In this document: positions 1 through 11,226 of the stretch, piece after piece
How positions within the stretch are numbered: the stretch's first letter is position 1
Layout of the letters: each line of letters begins with the position of its first letter
NCBI GenBank assembly: GCA_002104905.1
Contig: MCFE01000271.1
Coordinates: 1-64,000 of the forward strand
Direction: 5' to 3'
DNA: 64,000 nt
Origin: Basidiobolus meristosporus CBS 931.73
Lineage: Eukaryota; Fungi; Basidiobolomycota
The notes under the pieces: model-generated
Databases searched by the model: none
What the model was told of the DNA's origin: nothing
What the model saw: the letters and a program-made list of their open reading frames with translations, nothing else
Program-made: the position numbers and the translations under genes

Positions 1-10
1 CTACTACTCA

Positions 11-487
11 GTGGCAACTGCAACAACTACAGGAACTGTGCATAATCAAGAAATCCTATGTCATATAGACAGTGGATCTGAGATATGTGTGATGCCTTTG
101 GAGGCTTGGAAACAACTACCATGCAAAGACCTATTGCCCATAGACACCAATATCAATTGGAACATGAAGGATGCCAACTCAGGGCAATCAAAGCTTTTAG
201 GAATTATTCACAGCTTCCCTCTCATCATTGAAGGAATACCCCATGAGATCCCAGTATTCATTTGTGCAAAGGCTAACTTTGAATTACTTCTTGGAAGACC
301 ATGGGAAGTAAAAGCAAGAGCAACTGCAGTGAACTACCCAGATGGTTCAGCATGGTATACTATATACTCAGAGAGCCCAGGACTAACAGCAACCTTCTGT
401 GGTGTGGACTCAAACAATATCCGATCAATGACATCATGTAGATTTCTATCTCAAGAAAGGACAGGTGGCTTCATTGAGGAAGACTGA
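11..487 (+). mobile_element. Retroviral-type aspartic protease ORF of a Ty3/Gypsy-like LTR element (5' part outside the window)
   Basis: Catalytic CHIDSGSEIC motif and downstream FELLLGRPW motif. The ORF stops at 487 and is followed within ~80 nt by a purine-rich tract and an LTR. Confidence 0.85.
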
Positions 488-565
488 GAGAGCACTTTGT
501 TCTCCAAACTTACAGTGGTTAGCTAAAAAGTTCCCTGAAACTTTTTAGCTCAAGTGGGGGGTGGA

Positions 566-1369
566 TGTGGTAGGGTAAACATACCTCCCACAGACAAGTT
601 TATTCATATAGTCATTATGATATACTTATCCATATTTTATATTATCAGTATTATCCCATTCTTCTTTTGCCCATATTATCAGTATTATCCCCATATGATG
701 TTTACCCTGATTAGTTATTAGCATTAGTTATCCCAGATGTTATTCAGCTTTGTGATCAGTAGATGTATCTATATAAGGCAAGTACCCGCGTCAGTACCCG
801 TGACACATGACCTAACTCTGTGTTACCATCCCTACCATTTCAATACCATATATGGTATTTCTATGTTGCACAGGTTTCAGACTACTGATTCCTGATTGGT
901 TGAGAGTGCTGTGCCTTTTAGAACCTTCCAGGACATTCTTGGCATATTTTTAGCTCATAGTGATGTCATCAAGAATTCCACTGATACCTAGAATCTTCTA
1001 GAACCTTGTCATTAGTAATCACTTGGCAATCAGGAAAAGTATTTAAGGGAAAGCAATCCCTCATCAATAAATCATCCCTTCTATCAGTAACACTTCTACC
1101 TTATTGATTAGCAGTTGATCACTGCACCTGCCTTCAACAGTATATCTAAGACCTGCCATCAAGGAGCTTTTCAGGGTAGTGCACAAGACACACAGCGGCC
1201 TTTGGAGACACTTGGAGCACCTAGGAAGCTAAAGAAGCAGGAGCTTTTACCATAGTGACATATTGACATAGACACCAGCAGTTTAGACACAGAGGTTATT
1301 GCACCCATCAGACACCTCACACACCTTGAGTTGTGTAGCTTCTCCCAGGAGTACCTCTACACCACCACA
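566..1369 (+). repeat. LTR (~804 bp), family A; 3' LTR of the protease-bearing element
   Basis: Inverted termini TGTGGT...ACCACA, preceded by PPT-like AAGTGGGGGGTGGA (552-565). TATA-like TATTTAAGGG then AATAAA (~1043-1071). Aligns by eye over several hundred bp with 57522-58590 (shared blocks such as gcaagtacccgcg, caggtttcaga.tactgattcctgattggttg, cagaggttat, acaccaccaca). Confidence 0.85.
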
Positions 1370-1371
1370 AT

Positions 1372-2187
1372 GTGATCAAATCCCTTTGCCAGAATAGCGC
1401 CATTGATCACCGTTTGATCACTCCATATCACCCCAAAGCTAATGGACTGGCTGAAAGACATGTTCAGACCTCAGTGAACATCATCAGGAAATCTATCAAA
1501 GGTATCAAGAAGAATTGGGACAAGTACATTCCAACTGTACAATATGCTATCAACACCAAAATTGCCGCTCTACATGGATCAACACCATTTTCCTTGATGT
1601 TTGGAAGAAGATACAACCACTTTGGAGACTACCAGAATACAGAGTTAGCAAGCTTGAATACAGATAAGCTAAAGAACCGGCTTGAGTACCTTACCAACAT
1701 TGTCTACCCTGCTATCAGTGCCAGAAGTAAGGCCTCTCAGCAAAAGATGACTTCAATGTACGCCTCAAGACACAGGAACAGCAGCTTCCCAGATGGGTCA
1801 TATGTCATGACTCTAGATCCAATCCGGCAATCTAAGCTTGACCCCAAGTATGAAGGACCATTCAAGGTTGTCAGATGCACTACTGGAGGATCTTATGTAC
1901 TTCAGGATAACACTGGAGCACTGCTACCCAAAAACTTTCCACCTTCTTCACTCAAACTTATTTCTCAAGACCCAGTAACTTTGGAATCCTATGAAGTTGA
2001 AGCTATTGTGGACCATGATGGAGAAGAACCAAATTGCCTTTATTTAGTCAAGTGGAAAGGCTATGATGCCAAACACCACACCTGGGAACCTTGCACCAAC
2101 TTTGATGATGTTGCCATTATTGATCAGTATTGGAGCCGCAGAGGAACCCAGAAGGTATCAAAAAACTCCTCTTCTGGCAGGAAGTGA
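1372..2187 (+). mobile_element. Chromovirus (Ty3/Gypsy) pol 3' end: integrase core C-half, GPF motif and chromodomain
   Basis: ITPYHPKANGLAER integrase motif, PKYEGPFKV (GPY/F), and chromodomain YEVEAIVDH...YLVKWKGY...TWEP. Truncated on its 5' side by LTR 566-1369. Confidence 0.93.
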
Positions 2188-2884
2188 TGTTGTGCACCAA
2201 CATTTAAAACTTAGCCAATTTTACTCCATTTGAAAATCTAGTACCCTAACTGACTTTCCCTAACCCAAACATAACAAATCCCAGTTACAGTTTATTTTAT
2301 CCCACCTCAGAATCTATTTTTAGCTATCACACCTGATCTATTTTCAAATGGTCATTACGTTATCAACCTATCTGCCAAGCCTTCCCAGGTGATTAGTCAT
2401 CTGAGATCTATCCAACCACGGTGCAGTTGCCAAGACATCAGTTGATTGATGATGTAATTTTCATTTATCTTATGCACCTATGAACACCCAAATTTATCTC
2501 AATCAATCCAGTCCCTTGGTGCTTACTAATTCAACTTGATCAGAAAAGTATAAATAAAGCTTACTGAACCTTTTGGTTTAGTGTGTGTCTCAACAAAATT
2601 AAGATTCTGTCTCAGCAAAAATAAGAATCCAACAATTCTGTTCTAGTTTCTATCCAAGCCTAGTATATCTAGCACTCCAAAGAACAGCAAGCCTAGCCTG
2701 CCTAGCAAACAAATATCATTGTCTTTATAGCCAACCCAGCTATATCCAAGACCAATATTAGATCAGAATCTTTCTGCTAATATTTCCGCCACTCTCTGAC
2801 AATTCTAAGATTCTGCACTTAATTGTCCCTTTGGTTCAGTTAAACCATTCAAGAGTTTTATTACACTTTCTCTTGGATACAACA
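2188..2884 (+). repeat. 3' LTR of the chromovirus (~697 bp)
   Basis: Starts TGTTGTG immediately after the pol stop and a purine tract (GGCAGGAAGTGA). Ends TACAACA (inverted termini), where Copia protease sequence begins abruptly. Confidence 0.72.
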
Positions 2885-5800
2885 ATGGGTGATGATAGAG
2901 CACTTGATGCAGTGAGAGAAGGAATTATCCAACTAAGCCTAAGAAGCAATGAGGGAGCCATACACTGACCTTTAAAGAAATACATTATGAACCAGAAATA
3001 GCCAAAAACCTACTATCTGTAAGCAAGACCACAGCAGAAGGACTCAGTTTCAGCATTGACAATTCTGGATGCAAGATCACTGATTGAAATGGTGCCCATA
3101 TTACTTTGCATATAAGAGATCAGAATCTATACAAGTTGAATTATATCCCATCATACTTGGAAGCCAATATAAGTAACTTGAATGAAGAAACATCAATGCT
3201 TTGGCACAGGAGATTTGGGCACATCAATTTTGATTATTTGTGCAAAATGATCAAAGATCAGCTAATTTCTGGAGTAAAAATTGATCCCCCGGCTAATTTG
3301 GAGCAATGTGAAGCCTGCATATATGAAAAACAAGTCAGACAACCGTTCAAGAGCGTTGGGTTAATCAATACTAAGAAAAAGTTAGATCTAGTTCACTAAG
3401 AATTGTGTGGATATATGCAAAATTTATCCTTAGGTAGGATGAATATTTAATCACTTTTATTGATAATTATACAAGATACACATGGGTCTACTTCATGGAG
3501 AGAAAGGAAGAAGCTCTGTCTAAGTTCAGGGAGTTTAAAGCCATGGTGGAGAGAGAAACTTGTCAAAAAATCAAGAAAATACACCCTGACCATGGTGGGG
3601 AAAATACCTTAAAACTCTTCATCCACTTCTGCAATATTCATGGGATAAAGCAAGAGACTACTGTACCATACTCCCCACAGCAAAATGGAGTAGCAGAACA
3701 TGCTAACAGATCAATAATTGATATGGTAAGATCTATGATCCATAATCACAAATTATCCTATGATTTTTGGGCAAAATCAGTTGCCACGGCTGTAAATCTT
3801 AAAAATAGGAGTTATAGCAGAATACTTTGTGATTCTACTCTGTTTGAAGCATGGTAAGGGTACAGACCAAGTGCAGAACATCTAAGAATATTTGGGTGTA
3901 CAGCATATGCCAAGAAACTGCCCAGAAGTCAGTCAAAACTTGAGCCAAAAAGTGTAAAATACATATCTTTGGGTTACTGCAGTGAGAGTAAAGCATACAG
4001 ACTCTACAATACTGCAGCAAAGAAGCTAATCAAGTCCGGGCATGTGTTATTGATGAAAATTCAAAATTTTCACAAAAAATGACATCAGATGATGACAAAA
4101 ATCTGATCTCCAGTCCACCAATTGTCAGGATTGAATCAGAGCAAAACAATGAAGATTTTTTCACTCTAGAGGACTCTACAACTGTGGTTCAGCCAGAATC
4201 AGTGCCCAGGAATATCCCAGAAGGGATCATTCTAGTATCAGATGCCCAGAGATCCAATTGGACAAGAAATAGCCCAAATTACTATATCAATGAGGGTACA
4301 AACTTAGCCCATGCCTATTCAGTCCATATTGATGAGCCCCAGACTGTAAAAGAGGCCCTAAATAGCCCTCAGACAAAGTTTTGGAGATCTGCAATAACTG
4401 AGGAATATCAGGCCCTGATGGAAAATCAAACTTGGGACTTAGTCAAGTTATCAATCAACTGAAAATCAATTGGATGCAGATGGGTCTTCAAGACAAAATA
4501 CAAAGCTGATGGTACAATTGAAAGATACAAAGCAAGACTTGTGGCCAAAGGATATTCTCAAACAAAAGGACTTGACTATACTGAGACCTTAGCACTGGTG
4601 GCCAAGTTTAATTCCATCAGATTAATACTGGCTATTGCAGCCAAATACAAGTTTTTATTCCTCAAGTGGATGTAAAAACTACATCTTTGAATCAAGAACT
4701 TGATGAGGACATGTATATGGACCAGCCTGATGGGTCTTTTGACCAAGATTACCCCCATTTGGTCTGCAAGCTTAAAAAGTCACCATATGGTCTCAAACAA
4801 TCAGCAAGAGCCTGAAATTGCAAGATAGATTCTTATTGGGAATCTTTGAGTTTCAACAGGAGTAATGCTGACTATAGTATATACTATAAGCCAGATAGAG
4901 CAAATCCAGTCCTATTAACTCTATATGTGGATGATCTTATTATAGCCACCAATAACCTAGAAACATTGAAAGAGACTAAATCCAGTCTATCTAAGGAGTT
5001 CAAGATGTCCAAACTAGGAGAACTCAGTTACTACTTAGGGATTAAGTTTTCCATAGACAGAAGTACTCAGACTATTACCTTGAGCGAATCCAAGTATATT
5101 CAAGATATACTAAAGAAGTACTTAATGGAAGACTGTAAACTGGCTGCTATCCAATGGAGACAAACCTTAACTTGATCCAAACTCAGCCAAGTCAAGAGAG
5201 CTTGGTGCCATCTGGAAGCCCTGACTTTGCTTATCAATTTTTGCTTGGCAGTCTGATGTATATCATGCTTGGAACACATCCAGATATCTCATATTCAGAG
5301 GGAGTTGTCAGCCAATAAAATCAGAACTATGGATCTGATCATATTGCAGCAGTTAAGTGGATCTTTAGATACCTAAAAGGAACTGCTGATATCTGCTTAA
5401 GATGAACTTATGAGGATTCAGAACAGGATCTTGTGGGATTCTCTGATGCAGATTGGGGACAAAATCTGGAAGACAGAAGATCCACCAGAGGATACACCTT
5501 TCTTTATTGTAAAGGAGCAATTTCATGGAATTCAAGAAAGCAACCAATCTTGGCACTTTCTGCCACAGTGGCAGAGTACATGGCAGCCAGTGAAGCCACA
5601 AAAGAAGCAGTGTGGTTAAGAAAGCTTTTTACAGATTTAGGCCTATGTCAAGTAACACCTATTACTTTATTTCAAGATAATCATAGATGCATACAATTAG
5701 GTAGAAATCCAACTTTTTATGCTAGAACCAAGCACATAGATATTAAACATCATTTCATATGTGAAGCTATAGAGAATAACTTAGTTTGCTTAGTTTACTG

Positions 5801-6264
5801 TCCTAGCAATGAAATGATTGCAGACATATTTACCAAACCGCTAGCTAGAGACAAGTTTTAATATCTTGGGTCAAAATTAGGACTAGTCAGTATGAGCATT
5901 TAGCTAAGTGGGAGTATTGTAAAAGTTTATAATTCCACCTAAATATCCACCTAACTTAGTCACCTAGGTCATTACCCTCAAATCCTAGAGAATACTGACC
6001 AAATTCCTTGTTGGGATTTACTTGGAATATTTTCACCAAAATACCAGGTACCCCAGAATATGAAAATTCTCAAAGTTGTCCAAACAGCCCCAAACTTTGC
6101 ACACATATTGTTGGGACCTTCATTAACCTATTCTACATGTTTGTTATGCCAAGACCATGTAAGAGTATAAATACTACTTTTACATTCAATAAATCATTAA
6201 GTGAAAACCACATAATCTACTTGTCCTCCCAATCACTTCCAATATCTCCAAGACTCTTACAACA
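2885..6264 (+). mobile_element. Degenerate Ty1/Copia copy 1 (protease C-part, GAG-pre-integrase, integrase, RT, RNase H, 3' LTR)
   Basis: Frameshifted EIAKNLLSVSK protease segment (~2990). LWHRRFGH and CEAC (3106-3399). TVPYSPQQNGVAE (3495-3857). LYVDDL RT (4846-5175). FSDADW and ARTKHIDIKHHF...ADIFTKPL RNase H (5433-5861). Integrase-before-RT order. Many stops and frameshifts. Confidence 0.95.
5915..6264 (+). repeat. Copia LTR 1 (~350 bp)
   Basis: Follows PPT AAGTGGGAG and ends TCTTACAACA. Colinear with 6826-7173 and 9326-9670. Confidence 0.85.
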
Positions 6265-6502
6265 CAAACAAGCAGCAGAGAACATTCAGGTAGCCAAAAG
6301 AGTGCTAGTAAGGGACAGGCAGGCAGAAACAAGTGCACTTTCAAGAAAGTATGATCTGATATTGATGGCATATATACATAAATTCTTCATCCACTTCTGC
6401 AAAATGGATGGGATAAAGCAAGAGACTACTGTACCATACTCCCCACAACAAAATAGAGTGGTAGAGCATGCAAACAGACCAATAACTAACATGGCAAGAT
6501 AT

Positions 6503-6825
6503 TAAGTATGCATATTCCAAGAAATTAAGATTGCCAGATGTAATAGCAGAAGGAGAATAAAGTTGCATACCTTGCTTGATCATGGCAGAAGCAAAAACAT
6601 TACAAGATGACTGGTTGTGATTGTCATAAGGAACCATAGAGGCAGGAATACCAATCATAACCTAAGGATGAATCTCCATATGAGTATATATTTGGTAGTT
6701 GCCACAATACCCAATGTCACCCAAAGAGATTTGAGATTGCTCATCAGGATCAACAAATTCTATCTTGCCAGTATGAAGTAGTTGAGACCAAGAGAGGCAA
6801 GTTAATTTGTTCCAATCTATATGTG
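6503..6825 (-). pseudogene. Fragment of a DNA-directed RNA polymerase second-largest (beta/Rpb2-like) subunit gene, divergent from fungal RPA2/RPB2/RPC2
   Basis: Two track ORFs (6662-6874 and 6341-6658) are in one frame, separated by a single TAG (6662-6664). They read WSQLLHTGKIEFVDPDEQ...YTHMEIHP*VMIGIPASMVPYDNHNQSSCNVFASAMIKQGMQLYSP. This is colinear with the Rpb2 block GVIEYID.EEE...[40 protein letters not shown]. Confidence 0.8.
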
Positions 6826-7173
6826 TATTGTAAAAATTTGTAATTTGACCTAAATATTCACCTAGCTTAGTCACAAAGATGATTACCTACAAATCTTTGA
6901 GAATACTTACCAAATTCCTTGTTGCAACCTGCTTTGAGAATTTTTATGTTCTAGGTACCTAGTATTTTGATGAGAATTTTCTAAGTCATCCAAACAGCCC
7001 CATATTTTATAAACATGTTCTTGATGCCTGCATAAGCCAATTCTACATGCTTTTATGCCAACATTATGTAAAAGTATAAATACTACTCTTATAATAAATA
7101 AATCATAAAGCAAAAAACACATAACCTACTTGTTCTCCTAATCACTTCCAATATCTCCAAGACTCTTACAACA
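6826..7173 (+). repeat. Copia LTR 2 (~348 bp), internal to copy 2
   Basis: TATTGTAAAAA...TCTTACAACA, same family as LTRs 1 and 3. No PPT before it and no PBS after it. Confidence 0.85.
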
Positions 7174-9325
7174 ATATGATCTATCTACAGCTTTACCCTA
7201 TGACTTTTGAATAGAATCAGTGGCTTAAGATGTATAACTGCAAAATAGGAGTTATAACAGAATTATTTGTAATTCTACTCCATTTGAGGCGTGATATAGA
7301 TATAAACCAACTGCAGAATATCAAAGAATTTTTGGCTGCACAGTATAGGCTCAGAAACTGCTAGGTAATCAGTCAAAATCTAAGCTAAAAAGGTTAAAAT
7401 GTGTATTTTTGGGTCACTGCAGTGAGAGTGAGATATAAAAACCTTACAGTGCCAAAGTAAGGAAACCAATCAAGTCCAGGAACTTGTTGTTTGATAGAAT
7501 TCAATATTTTTACAGAAAATGACATCCTCTAATGACAAAAATCAGGATCAAATCAGAGCAATACAATGGAGTGTTCTTACTCCAGAGGACTTTACAACTG
7601 TGGTTTAGCTTGGTTCAGTGCCCAGGAATATCTAGAAGCAATATATCCAGTATTACAAGGCTGGAGATCCACTCATGTTAGGACCAGCCAAAATTACTAT
7701 ATCTATGAAGGTACAAACTGAGCCTATGACTATTCATTCCATATTGATGAGTTCCAGACTGTGTAAGAGGCCCAGATTAGCCCTTAGAAAAAGTCTTGGA
7801 AATTTACAATGACTGTAGAATAACAGGCTCTGATGGAAAATCATGCTTTGGACTTAGTCAAATTACCAATTGACCAAACATTTTGGCTACAAATGAGTCT
7901 TCAAGAAAAAATATAAGGCTGATGGTACAATTAAAAGAAACAAACTAAGACTTGTGGGCAAAGGATACTTGCAAACAAAAGGACTGAGCTACATCAGAAC
8001 TTTTGCCCTGGTAGCCAAGTTGCATTTCTTTAGACTAATATTGGCTATTGCAGCCATATGAAAACTTTTATTTATTGAATGGGTTTATAAACTGCATCTT
8101 TCAATGGGGAACTTTATGCAGACATATGAATGCACAAGCCTGGCTGGTTTTTTTGCCAAGGTAACCCACACTTGGTCAGCAAGCTTAAAAAATATTGATG
8201 TGGTCTGAAACAATCACAAAGGGCATGGAATTGCAAGATAGATTCTTACTTAGAATCTTTGAGCTTCTAATGAAATACTGCTAGCTGTAGTAACAACCAT
8301 ATGCTATATTAAGCAAATCCAGTTTTATTAGCACTATATGTTGAAGATCTTACTAAAGCCACTAATAACCAAGAAACATTAAAAGTGACTACATCCAGCC
8401 CATCAAAAGAGTTCAAAATGTTCAATCCAGGAGACTGAGTTACTACTTGGGGGTAAATTTCTTTGTAGACAGAAGTACACAGACTATCACCCCAAGCCAG
8501 TACAAGTATACTCAGGATATACTGACAACATACAATATGGAAGACAGTAAATTGGCAGCTACCCCAGTGGTGGAAAACCTTGGCTTGGTCAAAACTCAAC
8601 AAAAATATAAGTGCTGGGTGCCATCTGAAAGCCAGAATTTGCTTACAAATCTATGGTTGGCAGTTTGATGTATATCATGCTTTGAACATGTTCAGATACC
8701 TCTTAATCAGTTGGAGTTGTCAGCCAGCACAATCAGAACTATGGATCTGATCATATTGCAACAGTTTGCAGATCTTTAGATATCTAAAAGGAACCACCAA
8801 TATCTACTCAAGGTGCACCTATAAGGATTCCAATCAGGTTATTGTGGGATACTCTGCGGCTGATTGGGGACAAAACTCAGAAGACAGAATATCCACCACA
8901 GGATACACCTTTCTTTACTGTAAATGAGCAATATCATGGAGTTCAATGATGCCACTATCCATAGAACATTTCACCATAGAGGCAGAGCATATGGCAGCCT
9001 GTGAAGATACCAAAGAAGCAATGTGTTTAAGTAAGTTTTTGAAAGACTCAGGCTTCTGTCAAGAAGTGCCCATTACTTGATTTTATGATAATTAAGGATG
9101 TACACAATTAGGTAGAAATCCAACTTTTCATGCTAGAACTAATTAAATAGATATTAGACATCATTTCATATGTAGAGCTATAGAGAATAACTAAGCTAAA
9201 TAAGCTTACTGTCCTGCAGATGAATTGATTTCAGGCATATTTACCAAACCTTTAGCTAAAGACAAATTTCAATATTGTAGGTCACAACTAGGATTAGTCC
9301 ATTTGAACATTTAGATGAGTGGGAG

Positions 9326-9670
9326 TGTTGTAAGAATTTGCAATTCCACTTAAATACTCACCTAACTTGGTCACTTTGATCCTTACCTACAATCCTTAGG
9401 GAATACTGACCATATTCTTTGTTGGAATATAATTTGAAAAACTTTGTTATCTGAATATCTGATAAAAGGGTGAAAATATTCAAAGTTGTCCACATAGCCT
9501 AAACTTTGCACACATACTCTTGGGATCTTCTTTAACATAATCTAGCTCTGTATTTTGCCAAGATCATATAAAGTATAAACACTACTTTTACATTCATTAA
9601 TTGGTAAGTGATAAGCACACAACTACATGATCTCCAGATCACTTTCAGTATCTCCAAGACTCTTGCATCA
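9326..9670 (+). repeat. Copia LTR 3 (~345 bp), 3' LTR of copy 2
   Basis: TGTTGTAAGA...TCTTGCATCA after a PPT. Colinear with LTRs 1 and 2. Confidence 0.85.
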
Positions 9671-10530
9671 GCTTCAGTCTCATTGCAGAGTCCTGATGGT
9701 TGATCAAGATTGAATTTGCTCATAGAATGAATGTTTTCTTATAAGGTATAGTTTCCAAGAAAAAAATCAATTAGTCAGTAATAAAAGAATATGCTATCAG
9801 CTCAAATTAATCCAAGTTGCAACTGGTAGCAAGGCTAGTAACCAATAAGCCCCAAGTCTTAGGCATATGCTCAGTAGTTGGACATGTTCCACATGATTAG
9901 TGATATTTAATGACTTGTTGGCTTCAAAACTGGATAATACCACAGGATTGGATCTTCTTAACAACTGGTGGGTAAGTGATAGGATAAGACTTTATGATCT
10001 TATGACATAATCTAGTATCAATATATTAAGGAGTAAGTGAAAACTGCTCTGATTGCTTTATCCTTGTGGCTTGGAGCAAGAATTGATGTCTATTTGAATG
10101 TGGATGCACTATGCCTGATTAGTGTATATCCTCGGAAGCCTATACTATGCCCTCTTTACCAAGTTGGTCTGATTTAATGATGCCTTTGTTTGCTTTGTAA
10201 TCTTATTAGATTGCAATATTAGCTCATACACTACCCAGCTTAGGAAGTGGTCATATTAGTTGGCCAATGAATTGCATGTGCATTTCTAAGTTTGTTTGAG
10301 AAATAGTTCCAGACACCTGACTTTGACCACCATAACTTAATATTGAGTCAATCTTCTGGATAATATGCTACAAGCAAGCACAATCATCTGCTCTAACATC
10401 GTTGTACTGGAGAGTGTGAAAGCATGCCAGACTGTGTTGTACAGTTCAAAATTGATCAGTAAGAATTAGGTTTGAGCAAAAAATTTGCAACCACTGGGAT
10501 AATTTTGAAAGTATGACAACCAATACTTTT
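9671..10530 (-). mobile_element. Decayed PIF1-family helicase remnant (Helitron-like transposon)
   Basis: Ordered degenerate motifs on the minus strand: (D>Y)F(R>Q)-fs-IIPVV at 10489-10513, WHAF..L..N.VR at ~10385-10430, ILAP at 10072-10083, NLDQPSGLCN at 9682-9712. Cut off by Copia LTR 3. Confidence 0.5.
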
Positions 10531-11226
10531 ACTTTAAAAGTATTTGTGAATATTTCACAAAGCAACTTCTAAGTAAGCAAATATCCACATCTTAACTACA
10601 AAACCACAACACTATATATTGGGAAATCCAAATTTAAACCTTCAATATAGATGCTTGCAAAATGACTTGGTAGAATTTGTTCTAAACAGGTTGATAGAAT
10701 AGAAGACGTCAAATGATAATAAGTGTAGATTTACTGCCTTCCGAGGTAATTTGCATAAAGAGGCAAGCTGGTTGGAAAATCAAAACAGTGAAGCTGTTGA
10801 AGAATTATGTACTAATCAGGTCCCATCAATATATATGAGAGATTTCTCTCTCACAATCACCATAGTATAATTTAAAGATTGAGCTCAATATTGAAATCTA
10901 TGGAGCACTCAGACCCAAATATCCCAATTCGCTTGCTTGGATTGTGATGTTAGACCCTGAAAATGCACCAACGGAATAAATCTGCATGGACGATTGAATT
11001 TTAGCTGCGATACAAATATATTTGCAAGTGGTATATACAAGGAAAGATAAAAATTATGGGATGGTGCTAAGAAAAGGGAAAACGACAAAGGCTGCTGAAG
11101 AAATATACTTGTGCAGAACTACTCAGGGAAGTTATTCCCTCCTAGATGGGTGTCCTATAGTGCTAACCGTAGGTGGGGAGAATGCATCCTTTGTAACCTC
11201 CTACTGCTGACGCACCAGACTCATCT

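Larger units (their letters stand above)
6265..9670 (+). mobile_element. Degenerate Ty1/Copia copy 2 (integrase split by a 6503-7173 insert, RT, RNase H, 3' LTR)
   Basis: 6340-6502 matches copy 1 at ~3570-3735 (QETTVPYSPQQN). 7174 onward resumes at the equivalent of ~3733. LYVEDL at ~8334, YSAADWG at ~8850, PPT GAGTGGGAG at 9317-9325. More decayed than copy 1. Confidence 0.88.

Noticed and set aside
6008-6505. 165-aa ORF spanning LTR 1 and the integrase piece
   Set aside because: Chance read-through of non-coding LTR into decayed integrase; starts at TTG.
6821-7178. ATGTG/ATATG flanks of Copia LTR 2 as a 5-bp TSD of a solo LTR
   Set aside because: The left flank is RNA polymerase sequence and the right flank is Copia integrase, so they were never one contiguous target.
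10745-10865. Plus-strand peptide KEASWLENQ...QVPS..MRDF resembling a Helitron RepHel linker
   Set aside because: It is on the opposite strand to the PIF1 motifs, and the similarity is too weak to call.
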